DNA from: Candidatus Hydrothermarchaeota archaeon
GTDB taxonomy: Archaea; CAYFZR01
Assembly (NCBI GenBank): GCA_046760505.1
Contig: JBHIEG010000019.1
Span: forward strand, 1-37,148
Reading direction: 5' to 3'
Length of the DNA: 37,148 bases
Every line of letters starts with the position of its first letter. The first letter of the stretch is position 1. The translations under genes were made by a program, and so were the position numbers. This document shows, piece by piece, positions 28,809-36,987 of this stretch. Under the pieces are notes generated by a model. It made no database searches. It was not told where the DNA came from and saw only the letters and a list, made by a program, of their open reading frames with translations.

Positions 28809-29084
28809 TCAGGAAGTTGAGGTCTTTTTCAGCAATTGCTTACAGTTTTCTGTTAATCGATAGAACTTAGTTCTCTTATGATCTGTTTTCACTTCTTCTA
28901 TCAGTCCTTCCCTCTTTAAAAGTTCTATTTCATACTTTACAGTGCCCCACTCCATGCCTATTCTGTTAGAAATCTGGTTTGTATTCAGTAGACCGAATTC
29001 CGAATTGTTTAGTGCCTTAAGTATCTTCAATCGGGTCTCTCCACCTCTACTCAGAAGGACTATTTTTGATCTGATGTGATCCAA
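28809..29084 (-). CDS. Winged-helix (ArsR-like) transcriptional regulator, paralog 2
   Basis: SRGGETR, identical WGTVKYEIELLKREGLIEEV core. Confidence 0.88.
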   Translation of the reverse strand: MDHIRSKIVLLSRGGETRLKILKALNNSEFGLLNTNQISNRIGMEWGTVKYEIELLKREGLIEEVKTDHKRTKFYRLTENCKQLLKKTSTS

Positions 29085-29249
29085 TGTCTCTCCCCTTATT
29101 TTTATATTTGTTCAAAATAACTTATCGATTATTTTTATTTATAGATTTATTTTATGAATGATTAGTTTAGAGCCATTTCAGGTTCTTTTTAAGAATTTTT
29201 AAGTTAGTTGATCTACTTTGAAGGCATTTTTTATCGCTATTAATGAGTA

Positions 29250-29639
29250 TCAATCAACCTTGGATAAGATTGAATGGAAATTACAGGTATTACACCTCTG
29301 TACGCATATTTCAGCATGAATTTTGCAAAATTCTTCGCTTGATCTGATTATTTCACACACTTCGCAAATTTTAGACAGGGAAATCATTGGATCAAACTTC
29401 TCACTCATTATATTTTCTTCAATTTCATGGATAAGATTTAGGACCTCTTCTTTTTTTGCAATTTCAGTCCAAAATGCATGTTTTCCACTCATATAGTGAC
29501 ATATGGCTGGTTGTGTGACTCCTAATTTCTCAGATACTTCATTTTGTGACATCCCGTATTTTTGAATCAAGTCTCTTGTTATTATAGACCTTATGGTAGG
29601 AAGCACCTTCTTTACAACAATTTCACACGGAGGTCTCAT
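29250..29639 (-). CDS. Archaeal HTH transcriptional regulator with PPCE N-terminus and Cys/His-rich C-terminus
   Basis: MRPPCE...LPTIR, SQNEVSEKLGVTQPAICHY HTH, CxxC...CxxH...CxxxCxxC; RBS GGAGGT. Confidence 0.88.
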   Translation of the reverse strand: MRPPCEIVVKKVLPTIRSIITRDLIQKYGMSQNEVSEKLGVTQPAICHYMSGKHAFWTEIAKKEEVLNLIHEIEENIMSEKFDPMISLSKICEVCEIIRSSEEFCKIHAEICVQRCNTCNFHSILSKVD

Positions 29640-29815
29640 ACCCTACCTCCATTTTTGTATATATTTTAACAATAAATTGTAATAAAAAATTTTATTATAT
29701 AATTTTGTTAGAGAATTTTAACAATAAAAGGGTTTAGTTTTTTAGGAATAATTTTAAAATGATTTTAAATTCTTTTTTCACTTTTTCAGAATTTAATAGA
29801 CGTAAAAGTCAGGCA

Positions 29816-29959
29816 TTAAATGCCTTGCATTTTCCTTATACTTCCAAGACCTTTGACTAATGTAGGGCCGGAACATTCCGGACATGGAGCATTTCGGAGT
29901 AACAAACTACCTGCGGATTGACTGAATTCATATCCGCATCTTTTACATTGAAATATCAA
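29816..29959 (-). CDS. 47-aa zinc-ribbon microprotein (not in ORF track)
   Basis: Hand translation MIFQCKRCGYEFSQSAGSLLLRNAPCPECSGPTLVKGLGSIRKMQGI (TTG start, RBS AGGTG); CxxCG-x-x-F...CPxC. Confidence 0.75.
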   Translation of the reverse strand: MIFQCKRCGYEFSQSAGSLLLRNAPCPECSGPTLVKGLGSIRKMQGI

Positions 29960-30184
29960 ATTCCACACCTTTGATTTATTTATTAAACAACAAATTGTAG
30001 TAAATTTTAATAAGATTTTAGAACGTATATAGGTTTAGTTTATTTTAAATGAGTTTAGATGATTTTTTTAATTATTTTAGAATTTTTAACAATTCAAAAA
30101 GTATTTTTCAACTCAGAAAAAAATCAAAATAATCTTCTTTTCCTTTTAAATTGTATTATTTTTTTTAAATTTTTTAAAAAACTG

Positions 30185-30233
30185 ATAACAGAGTTATAAA
30201 AGAAATAATAAAGTTATAGGAAAGCTTATAAAC
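30185..30233 (+). promoter_or_regulatory. Two ATAA-N5-TTAT palindromes followed by a BRE/TATA-like element
   Basis: ATAACAGAGTTAT (30185), ATAATAAAGTTAT (30205), then GGAAAG-CTTATAAA about 27-40 bp before the ORF at 30260. Confidence 0.55.
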
Positions 30234-30259
30234 TAGAATCTCCATAATTCTGGTAGTGA

Positions 30260-30628
30260 GTGGATAAATTGCCAAGTACTTCAGGTGAACATTTGGAGTT
30301 AAGGAAGTTGCTGAAAACCACAGGAGAATACCCTGAGAAGCCAAACAAAGAGAACTTCTGTTCAGTATATCTCATAACAGGAGAAATCATACATGGCCAG
30401 ATTGACAGCGAGAGTGAGTACCCTTATATCCATGTGACAACGCCCGAGAAAATTTATTTCATTCATGATAATTCCATCATAAAGATAGAGATGCCGACGG
30501 ATGAGCATCTGGATGAATACAAGAAAGAAATAGAAAACATGGATAAAGAAGAAAATGGTTCTCAAGGTAAAGAAGATACAGACAAAGAGAATAAAGAACC
30601 TTTCCGACCAGAACTCATATTCGAGTAA
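30260..30628 (+). CDS. Hypothetical protein with probable Sm/Hfq-like fold and acidic tail
   Basis: CSVYLITGEIIHGQIDS resembles the Hfq Sm1 motif; FIHDNSIIKIE sits in the Sm2 position; D/E-rich C-terminus. Confidence 0.6.
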   Translation: MDKLPSTSGEHLELRKLLKTTGEYPEKPNKENFCSVYLITGEIIHGQIDSESEYPYIHVTTPEKIYFIHDNSIIKIEMPTDEHLDEYKKEIENMDKEENGSQGKEDTDKENKEPFRPELIFE

Positions 30629-30715
30629 TACAAATTCCCACGGATGTAAAATTTTTTGATTGATATGAGTCTCAAGTAAACTAAATTATTTGACAAGACG
30701 AATCACTGATTTAGG

Positions 30716-30988
30716 TTAATCTGATATTCTTTTGGATAATTCCTTCCCTATATCTGTCAACGTGTAAAATTTGGTTCGGTGGTGTGATTCAACCTCTTCT
30801 ATCAGTCCTTCTCTCTTTAAAAGTTCTATTTCATACTTTACGGTACCCCACTCCATGCCTATCTTGTTAGAAATCTGGTTTGTATTCAGTAGACCGAATT
30901 CCGAATTGTTTAGTGCCTTAAGTATTTTGGCTCGGGTCTCTCCACCTCTGCTCACGAGAAGAATTACCTTGGGTCTTATCGGATCCAT
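30716..30988 (-). CDS. Winged-helix (ArsR-like) transcriptional regulator, paralog 3
   Basis: SRGGETR, identical WGTVKYEIELLKREGLIEEV core, YTLTDIG. Confidence 0.88.
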   Translation of the reverse strand: MDPIRPKVILLVSRGGETRAKILKALNNSEFGLLNTNQISNKIGMEWGTVKYEIELLKREGLIEEVESHHRTKFYTLTDIGKELSKRISD

Positions 30989-31218
30989 AACATTCCCCCA
31001 ATTGCGATTGTTGCGAAAATTTTACAACAATTCGTTATGATTTCAACATATTTTATCGATTAATTTCTATTTATAGGTTCATTTTATAAATGGTGAGTTG
31101 TAAACGTTTTTTTATCAATTACAAAACTTTTTTATATTATTTTCAGAAAAATTTCCCAAAACCCGGTTATACAAAAACTAACTGACAAAGAATATGCACA
31201 AATTTTGCGTGATCAATC

Positions 31219-31371
31219 TTATTTACTGGCAAGTTCTTCTAAAACTTCTCTTGGCAATTTTTTCGCTATATCTATCTTCTTGGGACACTTTCCCAACTTT
31301 ATATTTCTTTCTTTCGCTGCCTGCTTAAGATCTGCCATCTTAACATTTTTTATCAGTTTCTCAATATCCAT
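31219..31371 (-). CDS. 50-aa basic helical microprotein (not in ORF track)
   Basis: Hand translation MDIEKLIKNVKMADLKQAAKERNIKLGKCPKKIDIAKKLPREVLEELASK; strong RBS GGAGGT 6 nt before ATG. Confidence 0.8.
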   Translation of the reverse strand: MDIEKLIKNVKMADLKQAAKERNIKLGKCPKKIDIAKKLPREVLEELASK

Positions 31372-31460
31372 TTGTAAACCTCCAATCTTGTCAAATCTTG
31401 TAAGTCAAATCTTATAAACAATTTTCAATATTAAAATCTTGAGTCTCTCATATTAGGTTT

Positions 31461-32444
31461 CTAGTATAAGGATCTAGAGATTATCGGAACCAAAGCCATT
31501 AAAACACACTGTTCAGTCAAAGAAAGACGATCTGTTATTCCCTTAGAAAGAAAACCTATGGCTCCTTCTTTTTCTCCAATTTTATTTATACCTGATACTT
31601 TTTCCATAATCTCTTCCATCTCTTTACCATTCAAAATCTCATCGATAACTCTTTTGGGTACCTCAAACCCAGGACTGCTGCCCACAAATACCTTGCCTTC
31701 CTTGTCTATTATGGCACACCACTGAACATCAACGTAACCTGTGCTCGCATGAGGATTTTTTGTTAACCCGGCTTCTATTCCAACACCAAAATCAGCACCA
31801 GTCTTGTTTAACGCTTCTTTTCCTCTCTTTATTGCATTTATCAATATCTCATCGTTAAAGGGTTGAAGCGGAGTATCAACCCTGCAAGAGATAATTTCCA
31901 CATTTTCAAATACTCTTTTAAAAATTTTTCTGGTTGCTTCTATTTTCACGGGATTTTTTGAGCCTACCGCAACTTTTATTTTGTTGTTTCTGTCAAGAAT
32001 TATGTTGCCTTTCTCATCTATCTCGCCCTTCCTTATTCTGGTAGTGGATATTGGATTTCCATTTTTTGCCTTTACCATTCCAACTTTTATAATTTCCAAA
32101 GGTTTAAGCCCTCTTTCTGCCCTAACCCTGTTTACCTTAACTCCTTCCATATATGTTTCCTCAGAAACTATTAAGACGTCAAAATCACCTCCTTTAGTTA
32201 ATTTAAGTGGATCTTTTAATTCAATGATTTCATATTTACCGGAATACCCTTTATGGTCCAAAAATTTCTCTAGATTCTTTTTTCTTTCATTATAATTATG
32301 GATTAAATGGTTTTTTTCTATTAACTCATCGGCTAACAGGCCTATTGTCAAAAAATCTCCCACTTCAAATGCCTTATTAAATAATTTTTCATGTCCTAGA
32401 TGAATTATATCAAATGTGCCTCCAATAACGACTTTTTTCATCAT
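31461..32444 (-). CDS. coaD: Fusion: archaeal phosphopantetheine adenylyltransferase (CoaD) + non-canonical purine NTPase (YjjX-type inosine/xanthosine triphosphatase)
   Basis: N-half GGTFDIIHLGH, VSEET, ISTTRIRKGEID; C-half VGSKNPVKIEA, QPF, GIEAG, GAIGFLS, R-x-x-L...MAL. Confidence 0.88.
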   Translation of the reverse strand: MMKKVVIGGTFDIIHLGHEKLFNKAFEVGDFLTIGLLADELIEKNHLIHNYNERKKNLEKFLDHKGYSGKYEIIELKDPLKLTKGGDFDVLIVSEETYMEGVKVNRVRAERGLKPLEIIKVGMVKAKNGNPISTTRIRKGEIDEKGNIILDRNNKIKVAVGSKNPVKIEATRKIFKRVFENVEIISCRVDTPLQPFNDEILINAIKRGKEALNKTGADFGVGIEAGLTKNPHASTGYVDVQWCAIIDKEGKVFVGSSPGFEVPKRVIDEILNGKEMEEIMEKVSGINKIGEKEGAIGFLSKGITDRLSLTEQCVLMALVPIISRSLY

Positions 32445-32445
32445 A

Positions 32446-33465
32446 TCACCTTAAGATTGAGTATATCTGTTTTAAAGCTTGTCCAGGCTCCATTATACCT
32501 GCTCTTGTTTTTCTCAGAATCCTCTGAATGGAATATCTTCTGAGATGAGGATGTTTTTTATGTACTTCTCTAAGAAGGGGGCAGGCATACCCAAAACTAG
32601 GAATTTCTATACCTATTTTCTTGAGTAATTCTTCACCCTGCCCTTTTTTTAGAGAAAGAGCCGCCAATAAATTTATTCTAACCAAATCTCTATTTATTAC
32701 CTTTATAGCCTGAGTTCCAGTTGGTAGAAGGTTCCCGAACATTATCAATGGAATTTTTTCCCTGATGTTGTATTCGTAGAGGCTTTTCTTGAGTTCAGCA
32801 TGACATCTCCCGCATGGATGAATATGTCCCTTCAAAGCCTTTTCCCATATTTCTTCCAAGGAATGGGGAGGATCCAGATAATAATGGGGAACATCTAACT
32901 CCTTAACAACGAATTCAATATTCTCCTTTAATTGAGAAGGAAGCACAATGGTTCCAGGATCCATGGTTATGGCGATGGGGTTCATACCTGCCATTTTTGC
33001 TATGGCTAATGTGCTTGAACTGTCTCCTCCCCCAGAGAGAGCTATCGTAGTCAAATGACTTTCACTCTCTTCATTCACAGGAAGATCAGGAAAAAAATCT
33101 GCATTTTCCAACAAAGGTAATACATAATTTTTAAGACTAAACTTGACCTTCTTAGACACATCAGAATTAAGAACTTCCTTTAATTTACCTATAGATTCTT
33201 CTATTCTTATCCTTCTTACTATCAGATCTGTCTCTGCTTCTACATGGATCTGACCTATGTTTAACATTTCTTTTAATCTTCCAACTACCCATCCTCCTGG
33301 ACCTATGATTACCGCCTTGTCGGATCTATCTGTAGCTACAATCAACAGTAAATCTTTATCCTCATTGTATTCGACCCTTGAAATACTGGGGGTAGAAGAT
33401 GCTATCATGCCTAATTCTTTCCTAATATCATCTATTAGTCCAAGAATCTCTTCCTTTGAGTACAT
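32446..33465 (-). CDS. Archaeal PP-loop ATPase with N-terminal KH-like domain
   Basis: DRSDKAVIIGPGGWVVG, PP-loop ALSGGGDSS, HPCGRCH, YACPLL, GIMEPG. Confidence 0.85.
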   Translation of the reverse strand: MYSKEEILGLIDDIRKELGMIASSTPSISRVEYNEDKDLLLIVATDRSDKAVIIGPGGWVVGRLKEMLNIGQIHVEAETDLIVRRIRIEESIGKLKEVLNSDVSKKVKFSLKNYVLPLLENADFFPDLPVNEESESHLTTIALSGGGDSSSTLAIAKMAGMNPIAITMDPGTIVLPSQLKENIEFVVKELDVPHYYLDPPHSLEEIWEKALKGHIHPCGRCHAELKKSLYEYNIREKIPLIMFGNLLPTGTQAIKVINRDLVRINLLAALSLKKGQGEELLKKIGIEIPSFGYACPLLREVHKKHPHLRRYSIQRILRKTRAGIMEPGQALKQIYSILR

Positions 33466-33555
33466 CGTATATTTTTGTACTCCTTTTACCTCTTATATTT
33501 TCACCTTGCATAATTATCTAAAGATGAAAAATAAGTTTGATCAAACGCAAAATTT

Positions 33556-35589
33556 TTATACTCTCTTTATATGCCCTCTTTTAGGCTCAAAAATCTCTCC
33601 TCTCTGTCTGAGAATCTCAATTATCTCCTTTGTCCTTTCTTTATCAATGCCCCTATTTTCTGCCTCCGCGATTATCTCTTCAACAGGCAGTATCTCTCCC
33701 AGACTTTCTTCCAACTCTTTGATGATTTCATGAATTACTTTGATCCTGTCTCTCTGTGTTTTTGTCGTTCCTACCATTATCTTATCTATATCTATTTCCC
33801 CAGTCTCTGGATCGATGCCTATTTCCTTTAAGCAATGTTCCACTATTCTAATTACCCTCTCTACATCTTCCACTCTCACGAAATTATCAAGGCGGGCACG
33901 TGCTGATGCCTCAGCAAGTCTTATAACTGCTTCTAGCTGTCTGGCTGTTATAGAGATAGCTGCTTCCTCTTTTTCTCCTTTTTTTCTCATTTTTACGTAA
34001 AAATCTTCTAGAATCTTTGCCGCATCATCCGTTAATACGGGTTTAATTCTTTTGGAGTAGGCTATGTATTTCCTTAAAAGATCTATCGGGATGGGGGGTT
34101 TTATTTCCTCTTCGCCCATTTGATGTACCTTTATTATATGTCTGGCTAGCGCCCGATCCCTCTCTTCATCAGGACGGTCTGAAAGTGCAAATATGAGATC
34201 GAATCTACTCAATAAAGTGGGTGGAAGGTTTATTTGGTCGGCTATTGGTAAATAGGGATCAAATCTACCATATTTTGGATTTGCTGCGGCTAATACTGCA
34301 CATCTTGCATTTAGAGTAGCCATTATACCTGCCTTGGCAACGGACACCGTCTGCTGCTCTAAAGTTTCATGCATAGCAGATCTATCTTCGTTTCTCATCT
34401 TATCAATTTCATCTATGCAGGCGATTCCTTTGTCTGCTAAAACCAATGCTCCTGCTTCTAAAGTCCATGAACCTTCTCCAAAATCATCTTTTATTGCAGA
34501 AGCAGTTAATCCTGCACCAGTAGCACCTCTTCCTGATGTATAGATACCTTTTGGTGCTAAATGGCTTACATAACGTAGTAATTGAGACTTTGCAATGCCT
34601 GGATCTCCTATTAAAAATATGTGGATGTCTCCTCTAATTTTTGTATCATCAGGTAACTTCTTAGGAACTCCTCCAAATAACTGGAGGATAATGGCTTCCT
34701 TTGCCATCTCGAATCCGAATATGGAGGGTGCAATAGAATCGAGGATTCTCTGGTATATATCTGGCTCTGATGCGAGTTCTTTTATCACTCTTTCGTCTCC
34801 CTCACTTATCTCCAATTCTTCAAACTCTTGTTCTATTGGCTCAATGTAATTTGCCTCTAGGAAAAGTTCAAAAACAGTAGATCTCCTCCCTCTAACCGAT
34901 GTCCTGAGAACGCCGTTTACTATAACCTTATCTCCGGGTGATGCCACTCCAGTGAGATCGTCCTCGACGAAAACATCGATCTGAATAGGATGTTCCCCTC
35001 CGGGTAGATCCTCAAAAGATTCTTGGACTCTTAACTTTTGAGAGTCCACGAACTTAGACTTATTGACCATCAATCTGAAGGGGCCCCTTCTTCCACACTC
35101 GCACTCATATGGCTGTTTTATTTGACCTGTAGTTTGAATTACGGTTATTTCGGAGCCACACCTCTGACACTCAAAAACGCCCTCAACTAATTTCGGTCTG
35201 ATATCCGTGACCTTTCTCACAAGCGATTCAAATGATATGAAGGTTTCAATGTCTTTGTTTCTCAGATCTCGAAGCTTCTTTTTCTTAGGTAAATTTTCAA
35301 ATCTGATGTTTATTTCGACGTCTTCCTCTTCAATGGGCAGATTAAGTTCCTTTAAGGCTAGTTTTGCTGCCTCAATCGTGACGTCTGGGGCCCTGATCAA
35401 ATCATCCGTTAGCGTGGCATCGTATCTATCCAAGTCGTTACAGTTTATTACCAGGGAACGTTTTTCCGGATAACTTTTAGCCACCTCTAGTATTGCTCCA
35501 TAGTAGTATCTTCTGAAAAATTCCTCGAACTTCGGGATCAGGTCCTCTTTTTCAATAAAGGACTCTTCATACGCAGATATTTCGCTCAT
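33556..35589 (-). CDS. mcm: Replicative helicase MCM
   Basis: Zn finger CQRC...CECG, Walker A GDPGIAKSQ, CIDEIDKM, AAANPKYGRFD, LLSRFDL, TARQLE, C-terminal wHTH; no intein. Confidence 0.98.
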   Translation of the reverse strand: MSEISAYEESFIEKEDLIPKFEEFFRRYYYGAILEVAKSYPEKRSLVINCNDLDRYDATLTDDLIRAPDVTIEAAKLALKELNLPIEEEDVEINIRFENLPKKKKLRDLRNKDIETFISFESLVRKVTDIRPKLVEGVFECQRCGSEITVIQTTGQIKQPYECECGRRGPFRLMVNKSKFVDSQKLRVQESFEDLPGGEHPIQIDVFVEDDLTGVASPGDKVIVNGVLRTSVRGRRSTVFELFLEANYIEPIEQEFEELEISEGDERVIKELASEPDIYQRILDSIAPSIFGFEMAKEAIILQLFGGVPKKLPDDTKIRGDIHIFLIGDPGIAKSQLLRYVSHLAPKGIYTSGRGATGAGLTASAIKDDFGEGSWTLEAGALVLADKGIACIDEIDKMRNEDRSAMHETLEQQTVSVAKAGIMATLNARCAVLAAANPKYGRFDPYLPIADQINLPPTLLSRFDLIFALSDRPDEERDRALARHIIKVHQMGEEEIKPPIPIDLLRKYIAYSKRIKPVLTDDAAKILEDFYVKMRKKGEKEEAAISITARQLEAVIRLAEASARARLDNFVRVEDVERVIRIVEHCLKEIGIDPETGEIDIDKIMVGTTKTQRDRIKVIHEIIKELEESLGEILPVEEIIAEAENRGIDKERTKEIIEILRQRGEIFEPKRGHIKRV

Positions 35590-35730
35590 GCATATCCACT
35601 TAAACCCGCTACTAATTAATGTTTACTGCGATTATATTAAATTTTCCTTTCTTTCAAGATTATAAATTACAGAAGATTATAATTGAGTAATTTTTCGGAT
35701 CTTTTCCATGAACGAAGGAAAAAAAATGTT

Positions 35731-36987
35731 TTACCCCTTAATCCTTCTGAACAAGCCAAACACGATCATGGAACCCAATATTAAACCAATACCGCTCTTC
35801 CATATTTTTGCTTTCATAGAAAGATCTTCTAGTTCTTTTTGTTTTTGCAGTATCTTCGTCTGATATACTTCGTACCAGTCCCTATACAGTCTAGTATCGT
35901 TTTTGTAATAATCCGCCAATCTTTTTTTATCGTTTGCCTTCTTCATGAGTTCGTACATCTCTTTTTGTTTACTCTCAACCCGTTGGGAATAATAATAGAC
36001 TTCTTTCTGATATTGGATCAATCTAGATTCGTAAAATGTTTTTTTAACATTTTCTGTAGTATCCAAAGTTGTTTTTGCCCAAGAAATTGCTTTAATATAG
36101 TCACCTTTTTCAAAAGAACTTAATGAAACCTTCAACTGATACTCCGCTCTGGATAGTTCTTCATCGACCTCGCCAACATTCTCTCCGCTCTTTTTTGCTC
36201 TTTCCACTGACTGTTTCAGTGCCCATACCGCTCCACTCGCCTCATCCACAAAATTTTTAGCGTAGATTCTTTCATCCTCTTTAAGCGAATTATATGCCTC
36301 TTCAGCAAGGGAACTGGCCTTCTTATATTCCTGTGCAGCATTTACAAGGTCATCTTTTTCAAAAAGTGTCTCCGCTGTCAAAAATATTTTTTTAGCTGAA
36401 CTTATCAACTCTCTAGGCTTAGATGTCGTTATTCCTACGTTTCTCACGCTCATTATCTCTCTTTCCACTCTATCAATGTTTGTCTTCGCAAGATCCCTTA
36501 AAAAAATGACAGCCTCTGGCGAAGTATCCAAAATTTTTTTCGAATCAGACAACCTTATGGGTATTCCACCAGATTTTAGTTCCTGCTGAATAAAATAATC
36601 CGTGTTCTGTTTAATTTCATCATAACCTAATAGATGGATACGTTTGTCTATCACAACATAAGGAACAATAAGCCCTGGATTATTCTTTTTATACGAACTT
36701 ATGAAGTAGTCCTTGTTTTCTGGTATGTCTGTGTTGATTTTTCTCACTACAACGTTATCTCCCCATCTATCCTGAAGTTTTTCAAAGAACATCTCTTTTG
36801 CAAGGAGTTTACACGCTGCGCATTCCTCATTCCAGAAGTATTCCACCAAAACTGCGTTTTTAATTTCTTCATAATTTTCTCCAGAAATCCAGTCCATAGT
36901 TGAGCTTGAATCTTTTCCATGGTGATGTACCTGAGCATAGGCGATGCTGATAGCAAGCAGAAGCGAAATTAGGATTTCTTTATTAAT
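35731..36987 (-). CDS. Membrane-anchored exported protein: thioredoxin-like CxxC domain + coiled coil + C-terminal TM; probable ATT start at 36987 (first ATG at 36897)
   Basis: EYFWNEECAAC, VPYVVID, LLGYDEI; in-frame upstream signal peptide INKEILISLLLAISIAYA after RBS GGGGGT; C-terminal GIGLILGSMIVFGLFRR. Confidence 0.78.
   Translation of the reverse strand: MNKEILISLLLAISIAYAQVHHHGKDSSSTMDWISGENYEEIKNAVLVEYFWNEECAACKLLAKEMFFEKLQDRWGDNVVVRKINTDIPENKDYFISSYKKNNPGLIVPYVVIDKRIHLLGYDEIKQNTDYFIQQELKSGGIPIRLSDSKKILDTSPEAVIFLRDLAKTNIDRVEREIMSVRNVGITTSKPRELISSAKKIFLTAETLFEKDDLVNAAQEYKKASSLAEEAYNSLKEDERIYAKNFVDEASGAVWALKQSVERAKKSGENVGEVDEELSRAEYQLKVSLSSFEKGDYIKAISWAKTTLDTTENVKKTFYESRLIQYQKEVYYYSQRVESKQKEMYELMKKANDKKRLADYYKNDTRLYRDWYEVYQTKILQKQKELEDLSMKAKIWKSGIGLILGSMIVFGLFRRIKG

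Noticed and set aside
29866-29937. Local inverted repeats (CCGGAA-CA-TTCCGG; GCGGAT...ATCCGC) suggesting an ncRNA
   Set aside because: They lie inside the Zn-ribbon ORF, which has an RBS and coherent motifs; coding explains the GC content.
26900-31400. Provirus/integrated element interpretation of the small-gene island
   Set aside because: No integrase, att repeats, tRNA target, replication or structural genes seen; foreign origin is not excluded.
31205-31417. 70-aa plus-strand ORF
   Set aside because: Antisense shadow of the better-supported 50-aa minus-strand gene.
868-36903. Numerous 60-160 aa ORFs antisense to or nested in long genes
   Set aside because: No motifs; typical shadow ORFs of well-supported genes.
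36747-36956. 69-aa alternative-frame ORF suggesting a frameshift
   Set aside because: The main frame is itself open and encodes the signal peptide, so no frameshift is needed.
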